Shown: one piece after another, positions 10,827-20,344 of the stretch | How the letters are laid out: each line of letters opens with the position of its first letter | Position numbering within the stretch: position 1 is the stretch's first letter | Origin: Anaerolineae bacterium | Lineage (GTDB): Bacteria; Chloroflexota; Anaerolineae; B4-G1; DUEL01 | Assembly: GCA_041082215.1 (NCBI GenBank) | Contig: JBDOIF010000111.1 | Coordinates: 1 to 64,000 of the forward strand | Direction of reading: 5' to 3' | DNA length: 64,000 bases | Position numbers and translations under genes: made by a program | Notes under the pieces: generated by a model | Told to the model about the DNA's origin: nothing | Seen by the model: the letters and a program-made list of their open reading frames with translations, nothing else | The model's database searches: none

Positions 10827-11441
10827 ATGAGGTGGAAATTGGACCAACTGCGGATGGACGGACGGGCGGCGGTGGCGGCTGTCGTCAGCACGCTGCTCCT
10901 GACGGTGGATAGTTACCACATTTTCTTCGACAGCAGACTGCTGACCCGCACACTGCTGTACCTGATCGTGCCCCTTTTCCTTATCCTGCTGATCTTCCGT
11001 GAATCCCCTGCCCGTTACGGCCTGCAACTGGGGGACTGGCGCAGTGGACTGGCGCTGACGGCGGGCGGGTGTACAGTGATGGCTCTGGTGATGCTCTATG
11101 TGGGCCGTACCCCCGCGTTTCGTGCCTATTATCGGTCCGCCGCCGCCGGCCCCCTGCCCTTCTGGCTGGCCGATGGCGTTGAGCTGGTCGGGTGGGAGTT
11201 CTTCTTTCGCGGCTTCCTGCTCTTTGCCCTCTACCGGGCCTGCGGCCCCATCGCCCTGATCCTTCAGGCGATCCCCTTCGCCCTGGCCCACATCGGCAAG
11301 CCGGAGCTGGAGACGCTCAGTTGCATCTTCGGAGGGACCGCCTTCGGATACGTGGCCTGGCGCACCCGTTCGTTCCTCTACCCCTTTCTCATCCACTGGT
11401 TCCTGGCCGTTTTCACCGCACTGGTGGCCTCTGCCCCGTAG
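10827..11441 (+). CDS. CPBP/Abi family intramembrane glutamic endopeptidase
   Basis: WEFFFRG, FALAH and H-containing TM motifs. Confidence 0.85.
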   Translation: MRWKLDQLRMDGRAAVAAVVSTLLLTVDSYHIFFDSRLLTRTLLYLIVPLFLILLIFRESPARYGLQLGDWRSGLALTAGGCTVMALVMLYVGRTPAFRAYYRSAAAGPLPFWLADGVELVGWEFFFRGFLLFALYRACGPIALILQAIPFALAHIGKPELETLSCIFGGTAFGYVAWRTRSFLYPFLIHWFLAVFTALVASAP

Positions 11442-11471
11442 TTTTGTGCATCTCCACAAAGGAGTGAAAGG

Positions 11472-12326
11472 ATGAAGTTAGGGACAACCACGATCCCCCT
11501 GGAGGGATGGGGGGTGGACCCTCGACGGCCGGAGGAGGCCCGGAGCCGCCGGCTGGGGGCTATCCGTCAACTGGTCACAGGGTACGGCCTCTCGGCGGTG
11601 GAGCTGAACCTGGACCTGGGCGTCTTTTTTCCCCAGGTTTTCGATGCCAGCTTCTACGCAACGCTGGCCGGACTGCAGCAGGAGCTGGGTTTCACCTGCA
11701 CTGTCCATCTCCCCTTTCTCTGGGTGGACCCCTCCAGCATCAATGAGCTGGTACGGGGGGCCAGCGTGGAGAGCCTCCGCCGGGCCGTCCACCTGACCCG
11801 GCCGCTGGAGGTGACCACCTACGTCCTCCATCTTTGGGGCTTTACCACGATGCAGATCGCCCTCCTGCTGGCCGACCCCGCCCAGCGGGATGCGGTGCTC
11901 GGGGGGGTGATGGCTCAGATGGAGCGTAGCCTGGAGGAGGCCTGTGCGGTCATCCCCCCCCGCGACCTGTGTGTGGAAAATCTGGAAGCCCCTCCCTTCG
12001 ACACGGTCTTGCCGCTGGTCGAACGGTATGGGGTCAGTATCTGCCTGGATGTGGGCCACCTGGCCTACAGCGACGGCGCACCGCTTGAGTTCCTGGCCCG
12101 CCACGGCGACCGGGTGCGGGAGGTTCACCTGCACGACTTCGTCATCACAACGGTGGGCCAGCGACGTCAGGTGCGGGACCACCTTCCCCTGGGCCGCGGC
12201 CAGTTCGACTACGGCCCGTTCCTGCGCCGACTGGAGGAGATAGGGTTCGAGGGGGCGGTGATCCTGGAGGTCAACAGCCGGCCAGACCTCGAGGAGAGCC
12301 TGTTGCGGCTGAGGGGAGACGGATAA
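11472..12326 (+). CDS. AP-endonuclease-2/xylose-isomerase-like TIM barrel (possibly CbiR-like)
   Basis: TVHLP, VENLE, LDVGH, VHLHD, DHLPLG.G and ILEV metal-binding motifs. Confidence 0.75.
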   Translation: MKLGTTTIPLEGWGVDPRRPEEARSRRLGAIRQLVTGYGLSAVELNLDLGVFFPQVFDASFYATLAGLQQELGFTCTVHLPFLWVDPSSINELVRGASVESLRRAVHLTRPLEVTTYVLHLWGFTTMQIALLLADPAQRDAVLGGVMAQMERSLEEACAVIPPRDLCVENLEAPPFDTVLPLVERYGVSICLDVGHLAYSDGAPLEFLARHGDRVREVHLHDFVITTVGQRRQVRDHLPLGRGQFDYGPFLRRLEEIGFEGAVILEVNSRPDLEESLLRLRGDG

Positions 12327-12328
12327 CT

Positions 12329-13033
12329 TCAGGGGATGGGCACTTCTACCCAGAGGCGGCGCACCTGTCCTCCCTCCTCCGGCTGGACCCTGAGGATCAG
12401 GACGCTGATGTCGTCGCGGGGGCGGTTCTCTTCCAGAGCCTGAGCCCGGTCCAGGAGCGCGTCAGCCATCTGGCGGGCGCTCCAACCCTGAGCTGCCATC
12501 TCCACCACCGCCGCCGGCACATCCAGCGGCCCGCCCCGATGCTCCCCGGCGTGGGCCAGTCCGTCGGTGTAGACGACGGCCAGGAGGCCGGGACGGAGCG
12601 GCACCTCTGTGATCACCGGCTTGGTGCGCGGGTAGATGCCGACGGGCTGAGATGGCTCGTCCAGCAACTGGACCTCCCCTTCAGGGGTGACCAGGACGAC
12701 CGGGCAGGGGTTGTTGCGGGAGAGGACCAGCGTGCCGGTGTCCAGGTCCACGGAGAGGATGTTGAGCGTAGCGGAGACCCTGCCTCCCTTGTAGGCGTGG
12801 AGGTAATCGTGGGCAGCCCGGGCGGCAGCCCCGTCCCGCACCCCTTCGGCCAGCTCGGCGATGGCCTTACGGGCCACCAGGTTGCTGATCGCCTTGGCCG
12901 CTCGCCCCGACCGCTGCCCGTCCACAAGGACGAAGGAAAGCCCGCCCCGGGGCCGCTCGATCATCTCCAGCGTGTCCCCGCTCTCGCTGGAGGCCCATTT
13001 GGCCACCTTAGCGACGGCGACCTCTACTTTCAC
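12329..13033 (-). CDS. PP2C/SpoIIE-family Ser/Thr phosphatase
   Basis: ESGD, LVDGQ, YTDGL and DDISV motifs. Confidence 0.85.
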   Translation of the reverse strand: MKVEVAVAKVAKWASSESGDTLEMIERPRGGLSFVLVDGQRSGRAAKAISNLVARKAIAELAEGVRDGAAARAAHDYLHAYKGGRVSATLNILSVDLDTGTLVLSRNNPCPVVLVTPEGEVQLLDEPSQPVGIYPRTKPVITEVPLRPGLLAVVYTDGLAHAGEHRGGPLDVPAAVVEMAAQGWSARQMADALLDRAQALEENRPRDDISVLILRVQPEEGGQVRRLWVEVPIP

Positions 13034-13042
13034 GACGCTGCT

Positions 13043-13315
13043 TCAGGAGACCTCTCCCATCGGGCCGACCCGGTGGCTGATGGCCCGCAGGCTCACCTGG
13101 ATCTCCACACCAGGAGCGACCTCCAATCGGGCGCGGTCGGTCTCCCGGTCGAGGAACGTCAGTTTGCCGTAGATGCCGCCGATGGTGATCACCTGGTCCC
13201 CGACCTGGAGTGCGTCCATCCGTTGCTGGTACCGCTTTCGCGCCCGCCACTGGCTCCAGAACATGAAGGCCCCCATCCCAACGATGAGGATGAGCAACAA
13301 TAAGGTTTGATCCAA
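13043..13315 (-). CDS. yajC: Preprotein translocase subunit YajC
   Basis: N-terminal TM helix followed by LQVGDQVITIGGIYG. Confidence 0.92.
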   Translation of the reverse strand: MDQTLLLLILIVGMGAFMFWSQWRARKRYQQRMDALQVGDQVITIGGIYGKLTFLDRETDRARLEVAPGVEIQVSLRAISHRVGPMGEVS

Positions 13316-13367
13316 GGGTTTCTCCTTATCTCTGTAGTGAATTTGTAAGAGCTTACTGAAAATTCTA

Positions 13368-13438
13368 CCACAAAGGTCACAAAGAGCACGAAGGGATAAT
13401 ACATTAAGGCCTTTACGCCCTTTGTGTCCTTTGTGGTT
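13368..13438. repeat. Inverted 9-mer ladder (CACAAAG.../...CTTTGTG)
   Basis: accacaaaggtcacaaagagcacgaag ... ctttgtgtcctttgtggt. Confidence 0.65.
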
Positions 13439-13452
13439 CTCAGACAGGCTCT

Positions 13453-13603
13453 GTATCTACCTGCCTGCCGCCTCTGGACCAACCCGAAACGCCGACTTCA
13501 TCACAAATGGCACGAATGGACCGAATCCCACAAATTGTAGAGCGTCTTTTTATTCGTGTGAATTCGCGCGTTCGTGTCATTCGTGATGGCAGCAGGTAGT
13601 TAC
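13453..13603. repeat. Short-IR-bounded cassette containing an inverted CGAAT/ATTCG ladder
   Basis: Ends GTATCTACCTGC / GCAGGTAGTTAC; internal cacgaatgg..ccgaat / attcgtg..attcgcg..attcgtg. Confidence 0.55.
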
Positions 13604-13827
13604 CAAGCTCTAACAGTTGCTGATATTTGAGATGGATTATACCCGCGATAGGCGATTACTACAAGGGCCTGGAGAGAGAGGGAGGTGTTCGAAGCAGATA
13701 GCGCCCCGCATTTTCAGCGTTCTCTCCACTCGGCCATATCCGCGGCGTGTAGGCCCTTGTGCCTGGCGCAGGTGTGGGCTAAAATGTATGCGGCTGTATG
13801 CGACCATCCATAGCGGAGGAGGACAGG

Positions 13828-15495
13828 GTGAAGGTCGTCACCGTCGAGCAGATGCGCGCCATCGAGGCAGCCTCCGATGCCGCCGGGCATACCTACGCGG
13901 CGATGATGGAGCTGGCCGGTCAGGGCGTGGCTCAGGCCCTGGCACAACGTCAGGGGGTGAAGGGGAAACGAGTGCTGGTTCTGGTAGGGCCGGGCAACAA
14001 CGGTGGCGACGGCCTGGTGGCTGCCCGGCACCTGGTCCAGGCCGGTGCCGAGGTGGCCTGCTACCTCACCCAGGCCCGCGATCCGGAAAAGGACGAGAAC
14101 CTCCGCCGCCTGCAGGAACTCCGGGTTCCCTGCCTCCTCGCTACAGAGGATGCCGGGTTCAGGAAGCTGCGGCAACTGGCCGAACGGGCAGATATGATGG
14201 TGGATGCCCTCCTGGGAACCGGCTCCCGTCCTCCGCTCAGGGGAATCGTAGCGGATGTGCTGGCGGCGGTCCGAAGGGCGCTGGAACTCCGCACCCAACC
14301 CTCGCCCCGAAGCCTTGTGCGCCTGGGGGGGCTGCCAGAGCCTTCAGACCGTTCCCGTCCGGTGATCGTGGCGGTGGACGGCCCCAGCGGGATGGACTTC
14401 GACACGGGTGCGCTGGACGAGGCCGCCCTTCCGGCCGATCTGACCGTCACCTTTGCCTATCCGAAGACCGGCCACTTCCGCTTCCCCGGCGCGGGGGCGG
14501 TGGGGGAGCTGGTCGTCGCCGACATCGGCACCGACCCGGCTCTGGCGGCAGAGGTGGAACTGGAGGTGGCGACCCCCCAGATGGTGGCCGGCTGGCTCCC
14601 ACCCCGCCCGCCAGACGCGCATAAGGGGACCTTTGGGCGAGCGCTGATCGTGGCGGGTTCGGCCAATTATACCGGTGCGGCCCGGCTGGCCGGGGGGGCG
14701 GCGGTCCGTGCCGGGGCCGGCCTGGTGACGGTGGCCCTCCCCGCCCCCATCCACGGCCCGGTGGCCGCCGGGCTGCCCGAGGCTACTTACCTGCTCCTCC
14801 CCCATGAGCTGGGGGTGATCTCGGAGCCAGCGGTCGAAGTGCTGGCAGAGCAGGCGGAGCGATACGACGCGATGCTGCTGGGGCCTGGCCTGGGACAGGA
14901 GCGGGAGACGGTGGCTTTCATCGAGGTCCTGTTGGGCGGTAGCCCCGAACGGCGGGCAGTGGGGTTCCTGCGGGTCGAAAAGCCTCCTGCCCGGCCGCCG
15001 CAGCTTCCCCCGCTGGTGGTGGACGCCGACGGGCTGAACATCCTGGCCGGCCTCCCCGAATGGCCGGGGCGGCTCCCCGCAGGCACGGTGCTCACCCCCC
15101 ACCCGGGGGAGATGGCCCGGCTGATGGGTTGTACCACTGCTGAAGTGCAGAGTGACCGGGTGGAGGTGGCCCGCCGGCAGGCCAGGGTGTGGGGGCATGT
15201 GGTGGCGCTCAAGGGAGCGTACACCGTGGTGGCCGCACCCGACGGTCGGGCTGTGCTGGAGCCCTTTGCCAACCCCGGCCTCGCCACGGGGGGGACGGGG
15301 GATGTGCTGGCCGGGGTGATCGTCGCGCTGCGGGCTCAGGGGCTGGGCCCCTTCGAGGCGGCGGTCGCCGGGGCTTACCTGCACGGACTGGCCGGAGAGC
15401 TGGCCCGCTCCCATCGGGGGGCTGCCGGAATGGCCGCCAGCGACCTGATCGAACACCTCCCCGAAGCCTGGCGACGGATCGAGGCGACCATATGA
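13828..15495 (+). CDS. nnr: Bifunctional NAD(P)H-hydrate epimerase/dehydratase
   Basis: GPGNNGGDG, DALLGTG, HKGTFG, LTPHPGEM and GGTGDVLAG motifs. Confidence 0.95.
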   Translation: MKVVTVEQMRAIEAASDAAGHTYAAMMELAGQGVAQALAQRQGVKGKRVLVLVGPGNNGGDGLVAARHLVQAGAEVACYLTQARDPEKDENLRRLQELRVPCLLATEDAGFRKLRQLAERADMMVDALLGTGSRPPLRGIVADVLAAVRRALELRTQPSPRSLVRLGGLPEPSDRSRPVIVAVDGPSGMDFDTGALDEAALPADLTVTFAYPKTGHFRFPGAGAVGELVVADIGTDPALAAEVELEVATPQMVAGWLPPRPPDAHKGTFGRALIVAGSANYTGAARLAGGAAVRAGAGLVTVALPAPIHGPVAAGLPEATYLLLPHELGVISEPAVEVLAEQAERYDAMLLGPGLGQERETVAFIEVLLGGSPERRAVGFLRVEKPPARPPQLPPLVVDADGLNILAGLPEWPGRLPAGTVLTPHPGEMARLMGCTTAEVQSDRVEVARRQARVWGHVVALKGAYTVVAAPDGRAVLEPFANPGLATGGTGDVLAGVIVALRAQGLGPFEAAVAGAYLHGLAGELARSHRGAAGMAASDLIEHLPEAWRRIEATI

Positions 15496-15568
15496 AAGGG
15501 CGGCGAAGACAGGGATTTCCTGCCCTCGCCGCCCCGGAGACCCCGTTCACGATCAACAGGAGGGTATG

Positions 15569-15955
15569 CTACACCTCGCCCCCCAGCACCCGGCTAATGC
15601 TCTCCAGGAGCTCCTGGGGACTGAAGGGTTTGGTGATATAGTCATCTACCTTGGCGATGTGAAGGCCCAGAACCTTGTCTATGCTCTGGGCTTTGGCCGT
15701 CACGATGATCACAGGGATGTCCCGCAGCTCCTCGTCGGCCTTCATTTGCTGATAAACCTCCCAACCATCCATGTCCGGCATCATCAGATCCAGCAATACC
15801 AGATCGGGCTTGACCTGCCGCACGGTCTCCAGGCCTTCCCTGCCGCCGACCGCGCCGATCAGTTCAAATCCCCGCTTTTCCAGAATGAGCCGGACCAGGT
15901 CAATCATTTCCGGTTCATCCTCTATACAGATAACCTTCTTTCGCTCCCTGGACAT
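15569..15955 (-). CDS. Single-domain response regulator
   Basis: Receiver motifs IED, LLDLMMP, VTA and KPF. Confidence 0.92.
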   Translation of the reverse strand: MSRERKKVICIEDEPEMIDLVRLILEKRGFELIGAVGGREGLETVRQVKPDLVLLDLMMPDMDGWEVYQQMKADEELRDIPVIIVTAKAQSIDKVLGLHIAKVDDYITKPFSPQELLESISRVLGGEV

Positions 15956-16064
15956 CGAGTTCCCTCCTGTACGATTAGCATAAATAGTTTACCACTGATT
16001 ATTGGGCAAGTCAACCACGAATTTTCTGCGATAAGATCATCCGACACGGGAGAAGCCCTGTTCA

Positions 16065-16694
16065 ATGGACACTCGAGACAGGTTCAAGGCACAGCGTTCA
16101 TTCCCTCTGCTCATTGGTCTGACGGGCAATATCGCCACCGGCAAGTCCACCGTGGCCCGGATGCTGGCGGAGCTGGGGGCAACGGTGATTGATGCCGACA
16201 GGGTAGCCCATGAGGTCATGCGGGTCGGCACGCCGGTCTACACGGCGGTTGTGACAGCTTTCGGCCCGTGGATTGTAGGAATGGAGGGAGAGATTGACCG
16301 CGCCCGGCTGGGAACCCTGGTCTTTTCCGACTCCGAGGCGCTGGCACGGCTGGAGCGGATCGTCCATCCTGCTGTGATGGAGGAGGTGGCCCGACGGATC
16401 GCGGCCGCTCCGACCCCGGTGGTCGTCGTCGAGGCGATCAAGTTAATCGAAGCAGGAATGGCGGAAGGATGCGCCAGCGTCTGGGTGACCACCTGTCCCC
16501 CTGAGGAGCAGGTCCGGCGGCTGATGGCGGATCGAGGGCTCAGCCGTGAAGAGGCGGAGCTGCGGGTAAGGGCACAGCCTCCCCAGGAGGAAAAGATCGC
16601 CCGTGCCGATGTGGTCATCTACACAGGCGGAACACTGGACCAGACACGGGCACAGGTAGAAGCGGCCTGGGCACAGTTAGGAGTGGAAAGCTGA
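16065..16694 (+). CDS. coaE: Dephospho-CoA kinase
   Basis: IGLTGNIATGKST, IDAD, IVHP. Confidence 0.95.
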   Translation: MDTRDRFKAQRSFPLLIGLTGNIATGKSTVARMLAELGATVIDADRVAHEVMRVGTPVYTAVVTAFGPWIVGMEGEIDRARLGTLVFSDSEALARLERIVHPAVMEEVARRIAAAPTPVVVVEAIKLIEAGMAEGCASVWVTTCPPEEQVRRLMADRGLSREEAELRVRAQPPQEEKIARADVVIYTGGTLDQTRAQVEAAWAQLGVES

Positions 16695-16706
16695 GGCTGC
16701 CTTTTG

Positions 16707-17558
16707 CTAGCCTTCAGGCACGGCGACCACCCCGATCACCCCCCGACCGGCGTGGACGGATAGGACAGCGCCGGTCTCCCGTACCCACATCTTTTCCCTG
16801 GGGAATCCTGTGCGCTCTGCCAGCCAGCGGGCCACATCCTCCGCCAGTTCCCGGCTGCGGGTGTGGATCACTCCCAGGTGTTCCAGGGGTACCAGCTCCT
16901 CGACCAGCTTCAAGATCCGCCTGATCCCCCCGTCGAACGAGCGGGCCGCACCGAGCAATCGGAGTTGCCCCTCCACCACATTGATGATCGGCTTGATATT
17001 GAAGGCCCGTGTCATCCGGTCAACGACGGCGATGAACCCATCTGCCCGGCCTCCCCGACGCAGGTTCTCCAGGGTATCCAGCAGGATCGTCAGGCGGATG
17101 CGGGACCGCAGGTCCTCCAGCACGGCGACGATCTCCTCCAACGACCGGCCTGCCTGAGCCTCCTGGGCCGCCGCCAATGCCTGGAGCCCCAGCCCCAGAG
17201 AGAGCGAAAGGGAATCGAAAACTCTGACCCTGGCTCCGAACTCCTCTGCCGCCAGACGGGCTGAGTTGAACGTGCCGCTGTGTTTCCCGGTAATGGTCAG
17301 GCACAGCACCTGCTTCCCCTGAGCAATAAGGCGGGCAAAGGCCTCCCTGAACGCACCAACCGACGGCTGAGAGGTCTGGGGGTGGATGCCCTCAGCGACC
17401 TTCTCCCAGAAGGCGTCCACTGAAAGCGCCACATCCTCATACACTTCCGCGCCGAAATGGACGATCTGCGAGACCACCACGATCTTAAACCGCTCCAGCA
17501 ATTCCGGGGGCAGATCGCAACTGCTGTCGGTCACGATGCCAATGGCCTGTTCTTCCAT
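16707..17558 (-). CDS. DegV family fatty-acid binding protein
   Basis: IVTDSSCDL, TSQPS, SGTFNSA, L..GGR and H.G motifs. Confidence 0.93.
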   Translation of the reverse strand: MEEQAIGIVTDSSCDLPPELLERFKIVVVSQIVHFGAEVYEDVALSVDAFWEKVAEGIHPQTSQPSVGAFREAFARLIAQGKQVLCLTITGKHSGTFNSARLAAEEFGARVRVFDSLSLSLGLGLQALAAAQEAQAGRSLEEIVAVLEDLRSRIRLTILLDTLENLRRGGRADGFIAVVDRMTRAFNIKPIINVVEGQLRLLGAARSFDGGIRRILKLVEELVPLEHLGVIHTRSRELAEDVARWLAERTGFPREKMWVRETGAVLSVHAGRGVIGVVAVPEG

Positions 17559-17596
17559 AATTCTCCCTCCTCTCAAATGCCCACCTATCTTCGCTC

Positions 17597-17674
17597 ACCA
17601 CAGAGAGCGCGGAGTTCTACAGAAGAGTCTGAGGACTCCCGTTGTTTCTCTGTGCTCCCCGTGTCTCTGTGGTT
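17597..17674. repeat. Inverted 9-mer ladder (CACAGAG/CTCTGTG)
   Basis: accacagagagcgcggag ... ctccccgtgtctctgtggt at the 3' end of the FemAB gene. Confidence 0.6.
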
Positions 17675-18729
17675 TAGCCCTTGTGCCCGAGGCCGGTCCG
17701 GCGCAGACGCACAGCCAGGCTGTAAAGCCGGTAGGGAAAGGGCCGCACTGGAAGGTCCCATGCCCCCACGGTACGTACCAGTCGTCCGCCGAATCCTCGC
17801 TTGAAGCGGTAGACTCCCCAGAGGCCGTCCTGGCGGTGGGCGAACTCCGCCTCCAGACGGTCCTCCTCCTCATCCGGCACTCCCCACAGGTCATACTCGG
17901 CGCAGCCCAGGGAGCGGGCCCACCGCATAGCTTCCCACTGGAGGAGATGGGTGGGCATCTTCTCCCGGTGGGCGTCGCCAGAAGCGCCGTAGAAGTACCA
18001 GGCTCTGGGGGGAAGAGCGAAGGCCATCAGCGCTGCCACCGGCTCCCCCTCCACTTCGGCCAGGAAAAGCTGCGCCCATCCCCGGGGGACAAAGAGATGA
18101 AAGGCCCGCTGGTAGTAAGCCAGGGTATGGACGCCAAAGCGGTTCCGGGCAGCGGTAGCAGCCATCAACCGGTGGAAGGCAGGGAGGTCTTCCGCCGTTC
18201 CTTCCCGCACCCTCACCCCCTTGCGGGCCGCCAGGCGGATGTTGTAGCGGGTCTTGGATTTCATGGCTGCCAGGAGCGCGTCTTCTCCGCCGGTCAGGTC
18301 CACGACCAGCGTGCGGCGGGGCTGAACGCTGCCCAGGGGTGAGGGGAGGAACCCCAGCGCCGCCATCCGTTCGCGCCAGTCCGGCCCGTCCGGCAGGTCC
18401 GGCTCCACCGTTAGAGCCACCGCACCACGGGCGCGGGCAACCGCTGCCATCCCTTCGACCAGCCGGCGAAGCGTCTCTTCCTCTTCCCACTCGACCAGCG
18501 GCCCCCTTGGTACATAGGCCAGACAGCCCATTCTCCCCGGCAGCCTCCGGTAGAGGACCTGGGCCCCGGCGACAGGCCCTTCCCGTCCCATCAGAGCCAC
18601 CCGCCCCACCTCCCAGCCGAAGGATCCCTTCAGTTCCCCCCACGGGCTGGTTTGGAGGATATGCGCCTGGGGATGGCGGGCGACGAAGCGATCCCAGACT
18701 TCGGGCGAAAGGTCAGTTCGGATCTCCAT
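17674..18729 (-). CDS. FemAB/FemX family peptidoglycan bridge aminoacyltransferase
   Basis: HILQTSPWG.LK, YVPRGP, KTRYNIRLA, YDLWG and FKRGFGG. Confidence 0.9.
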   Translation of the reverse strand: MEIRTDLSPEVWDRFVARHPQAHILQTSPWGELKGSFGWEVGRVALMGREGPVAGAQVLYRRLPGRMGCLAYVPRGPLVEWEEEETLRRLVEGMAAVARARGAVALTVEPDLPDGPDWRERMAALGFLPSPLGSVQPRRTLVVDLTGGEDALLAAMKSKTRYNIRLAARKGVRVREGTAEDLPAFHRLMAATAARNRFGVHTLAYYQRAFHLFVPRGWAQLFLAEVEGEPVAALMAFALPPRAWYFYGASGDAHREKMPTHLLQWEAMRWARSLGCAEYDLWGVPDEEEDRLEAEFAHRQDGLWGVYRFKRGFGGRLVRTVGAWDLPVRPFPYRLYSLAVRLRRTGLGHKG

Positions 18730-18748
18730 TCCTCTATTTTCCGGCCCC

Positions 18749-19597
18749 TCAAACCCTGGTTCTGCGGGCCACCACCAGCAATCCGCCCCCCACCCCGCCT
18801 GGGGGAACGTCCATCTCATAGTAGGGCCGCCAAACTTGGGAGAACCGGCGGACCACCCATCGGGCCAGGAGGGGCTGGTGGCCCAACCAGCGGAGACGGG
18901 GGGAGGCCAGGATTCCCCACAGCGACCGCTTCCTGAGGCCGAAGCGGCTGTTCATCCGATCCCACAGCCGCTCCACCGGCTCCGGGATGTAATAGCGGGC
19001 CTTCTCCACTTCCATTCCCCCCTCCGCCAGCAACTCTGCCCACTCGTGGGGGGTGTGATAATGATGGTGGGTCAGCCACCGGTCAACCTGGGCTGCGTAC
19101 CGCTCCGCCCCTTCGGGATCTCCTGCCTGCTTCCTTTCCTGGTAGAAGTGGAGAAGGGAGCGGAAGGCGTCGGAGGGGACCGTGAAGATAAAGCGACCAC
19201 CGGGCCTGCTGTGGGCGGGGTCAGGGGGGCGCAATACACGCCCGACCTCCTGCACCAGTGGAGCTACATCGGGGATATGCTCCAGGACGGAATTGCTGAA
19301 GACCGTGGCGAAGGAGCCGTCAGCGCAGGGGATGGAGAGGCCATCAGCCTGAAGGACCCAGCGATAGACCCCCGAGCGGGCCGCCTTGCGGAGCTGCTCT
19401 GCCCACGGGTCCAGCCCTACCTCCACCCCGCCCGGGCCGAAGAGGGCATGCGCGACCAGGCCATCGCCGCAGCCCAGGTCCAGGATCGGGGGGGTGTAGC
19501 TTTCCTCGGCGGCCGTCCGCAGCTCCACGGCCCGCCACAGAGCGACGGGGGGCGCAAACCAGTAAGCGCCCAGCAGCTCCACCAGAAAATCCCGCAT
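18749..19597 (-). CDS. Class I SAM-dependent methyltransferase
   Basis: LDLGCGDG and SNSVLEHI; the longer ORF call runs through the MITE and tRNA. Confidence 0.85.
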   Translation of the reverse strand: MRDFLVELLGAYWFAPPVALWRAVELRTAAEESYTPPILDLGCGDGLVAHALFGPGGVEVGLDPWAEQLRKAARSGVYRWVLQADGLSIPCADGSFATVFSNSVLEHIPDVAPLVQEVGRVLRPPDPAHSRPGGRFIFTVPSDAFRSLLHFYQERKQAGDPEGAERYAAQVDRWLTHHHYHTPHEWAELLAEGGMEVEKARYYIPEPVERLWDRMNSRFGLRKRSLWGILASPRLRWLGHQPLLARWVVRRFSQVWRPYYEMDVPPGGVGGGLLVVARRTRV

Positions 19598-19649
19598 AGA
19601 GAAGATTGTAGCAGAGCGTTCCCCTTTTGACAAACGTTTGATTCTCTGC

Positions 19650-19841
19650 GGGCGTATTTCAATTTCGGGGCGAGTGGTCCTCTCGCCCGCCGGTGGATCG
19701 CGAATCCCACGAATGGCCCGAATACAGCAAATGGGAGAGCGCCTGCTCCATTCGCGGTATTCGTTTCCATTTGCGTCATTCGTGTTTCCCCAGGTCCGGC
19801 CCGGGCCAGGGACATCTCGCCCCCAAACTGAAATACACCTG
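19650..19841 (-). mobile_element. MITE family A, copy 1 (192 bp)
   Basis: Imperfect ~25-bp TIRs (GGGCGTATTTCAATTTCGGGGCGAG / CTCGCCCCCAAACTGAAATACACCTG); TTCTCTGC duplicated at 19642-19649 and 19842-19849. Confidence 0.85.
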
Positions 19842-19897
19842 TTCTCTGCAGATGCCTTGACACATCGGCAGAATGAGGTAAAATAGGGACGAGTTGA

Positions 19898-19973
19898 GCC
19901 CACGTAGCTCAGTCGGTAGAGCACACGCTTGGTAAGCGTGTGGCCATGGGTTCAAGTCCCATCGTGGGCTCCA
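19898..19973 (+). tRNA. tRNA-Thr (GGT)
   Basis: Cloverleaf, TTCAA T-loop, encoded CCA; preceded by TTGACA-16-TAAAAT. Confidence 0.95.
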
Positions 19974-19995
19974 ACCGGCGAACGACAGGTGAGAA

Positions 19996-20160
19996 ATGGC
20001 GAAAAAGGCAATTCGACTGACGATTACCCTGGCGTGCACGGAGTGCAGGGAACATAATTACACCACGGAGAAGAATCGTCGGAACGATCCTTCCCGTCTT
20101 GAGTTGAGGAAATACTGCCCTCGCTGTCGCAGGCACACGCTGCATCGGGAAACGAAGTAG
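19996..20160 (+). CDS. rpmG: 50S ribosomal protein L33, zinc-binding type (54 aa; missing from the ORF track)
   Basis: Manual translation [54 protein letters not shown]. Confidence 0.96.
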   Translation: MAKKAIRLTITLACTECREHNYTTEKNRRNDPSRLELRKYCPRCRRHTLHRETK

Positions 20161-20188
20161 CGTCCGGGCCCTGCCCGGCGACCAACGC

Positions 20189-20261
20189 AGGCCAGTAGCT
20201 CAAGTGGTAGAGCAACGGTCTCCAAAACCGTAGGTTGCGGGTTCAAGTCCTGCCTGGCCTG
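20189..20261 (+). tRNA. tRNA-Trp (CCA)
   Basis: Cloverleaf with CTCCAAA anticodon loop; canonical position before secE. Confidence 0.95.
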
Positions 20262-20344
20262 CCTGGAAAGACACCGCCGATTGAGGGTGGCGGTGTCTTG
20301 AAATGTCAGGTCCCTGTAAGCAGGGACGTCTTGGAGAGAGAGCT

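Noticed and set aside
19598..19924. N-terminal extension of the methyltransferase and small ORFs over the MITE copies
   Set aside because: These frames run through the MITE and tRNA. Their similarity to ORFs near 59600 and 62950 only reflects the shared non-coding element.
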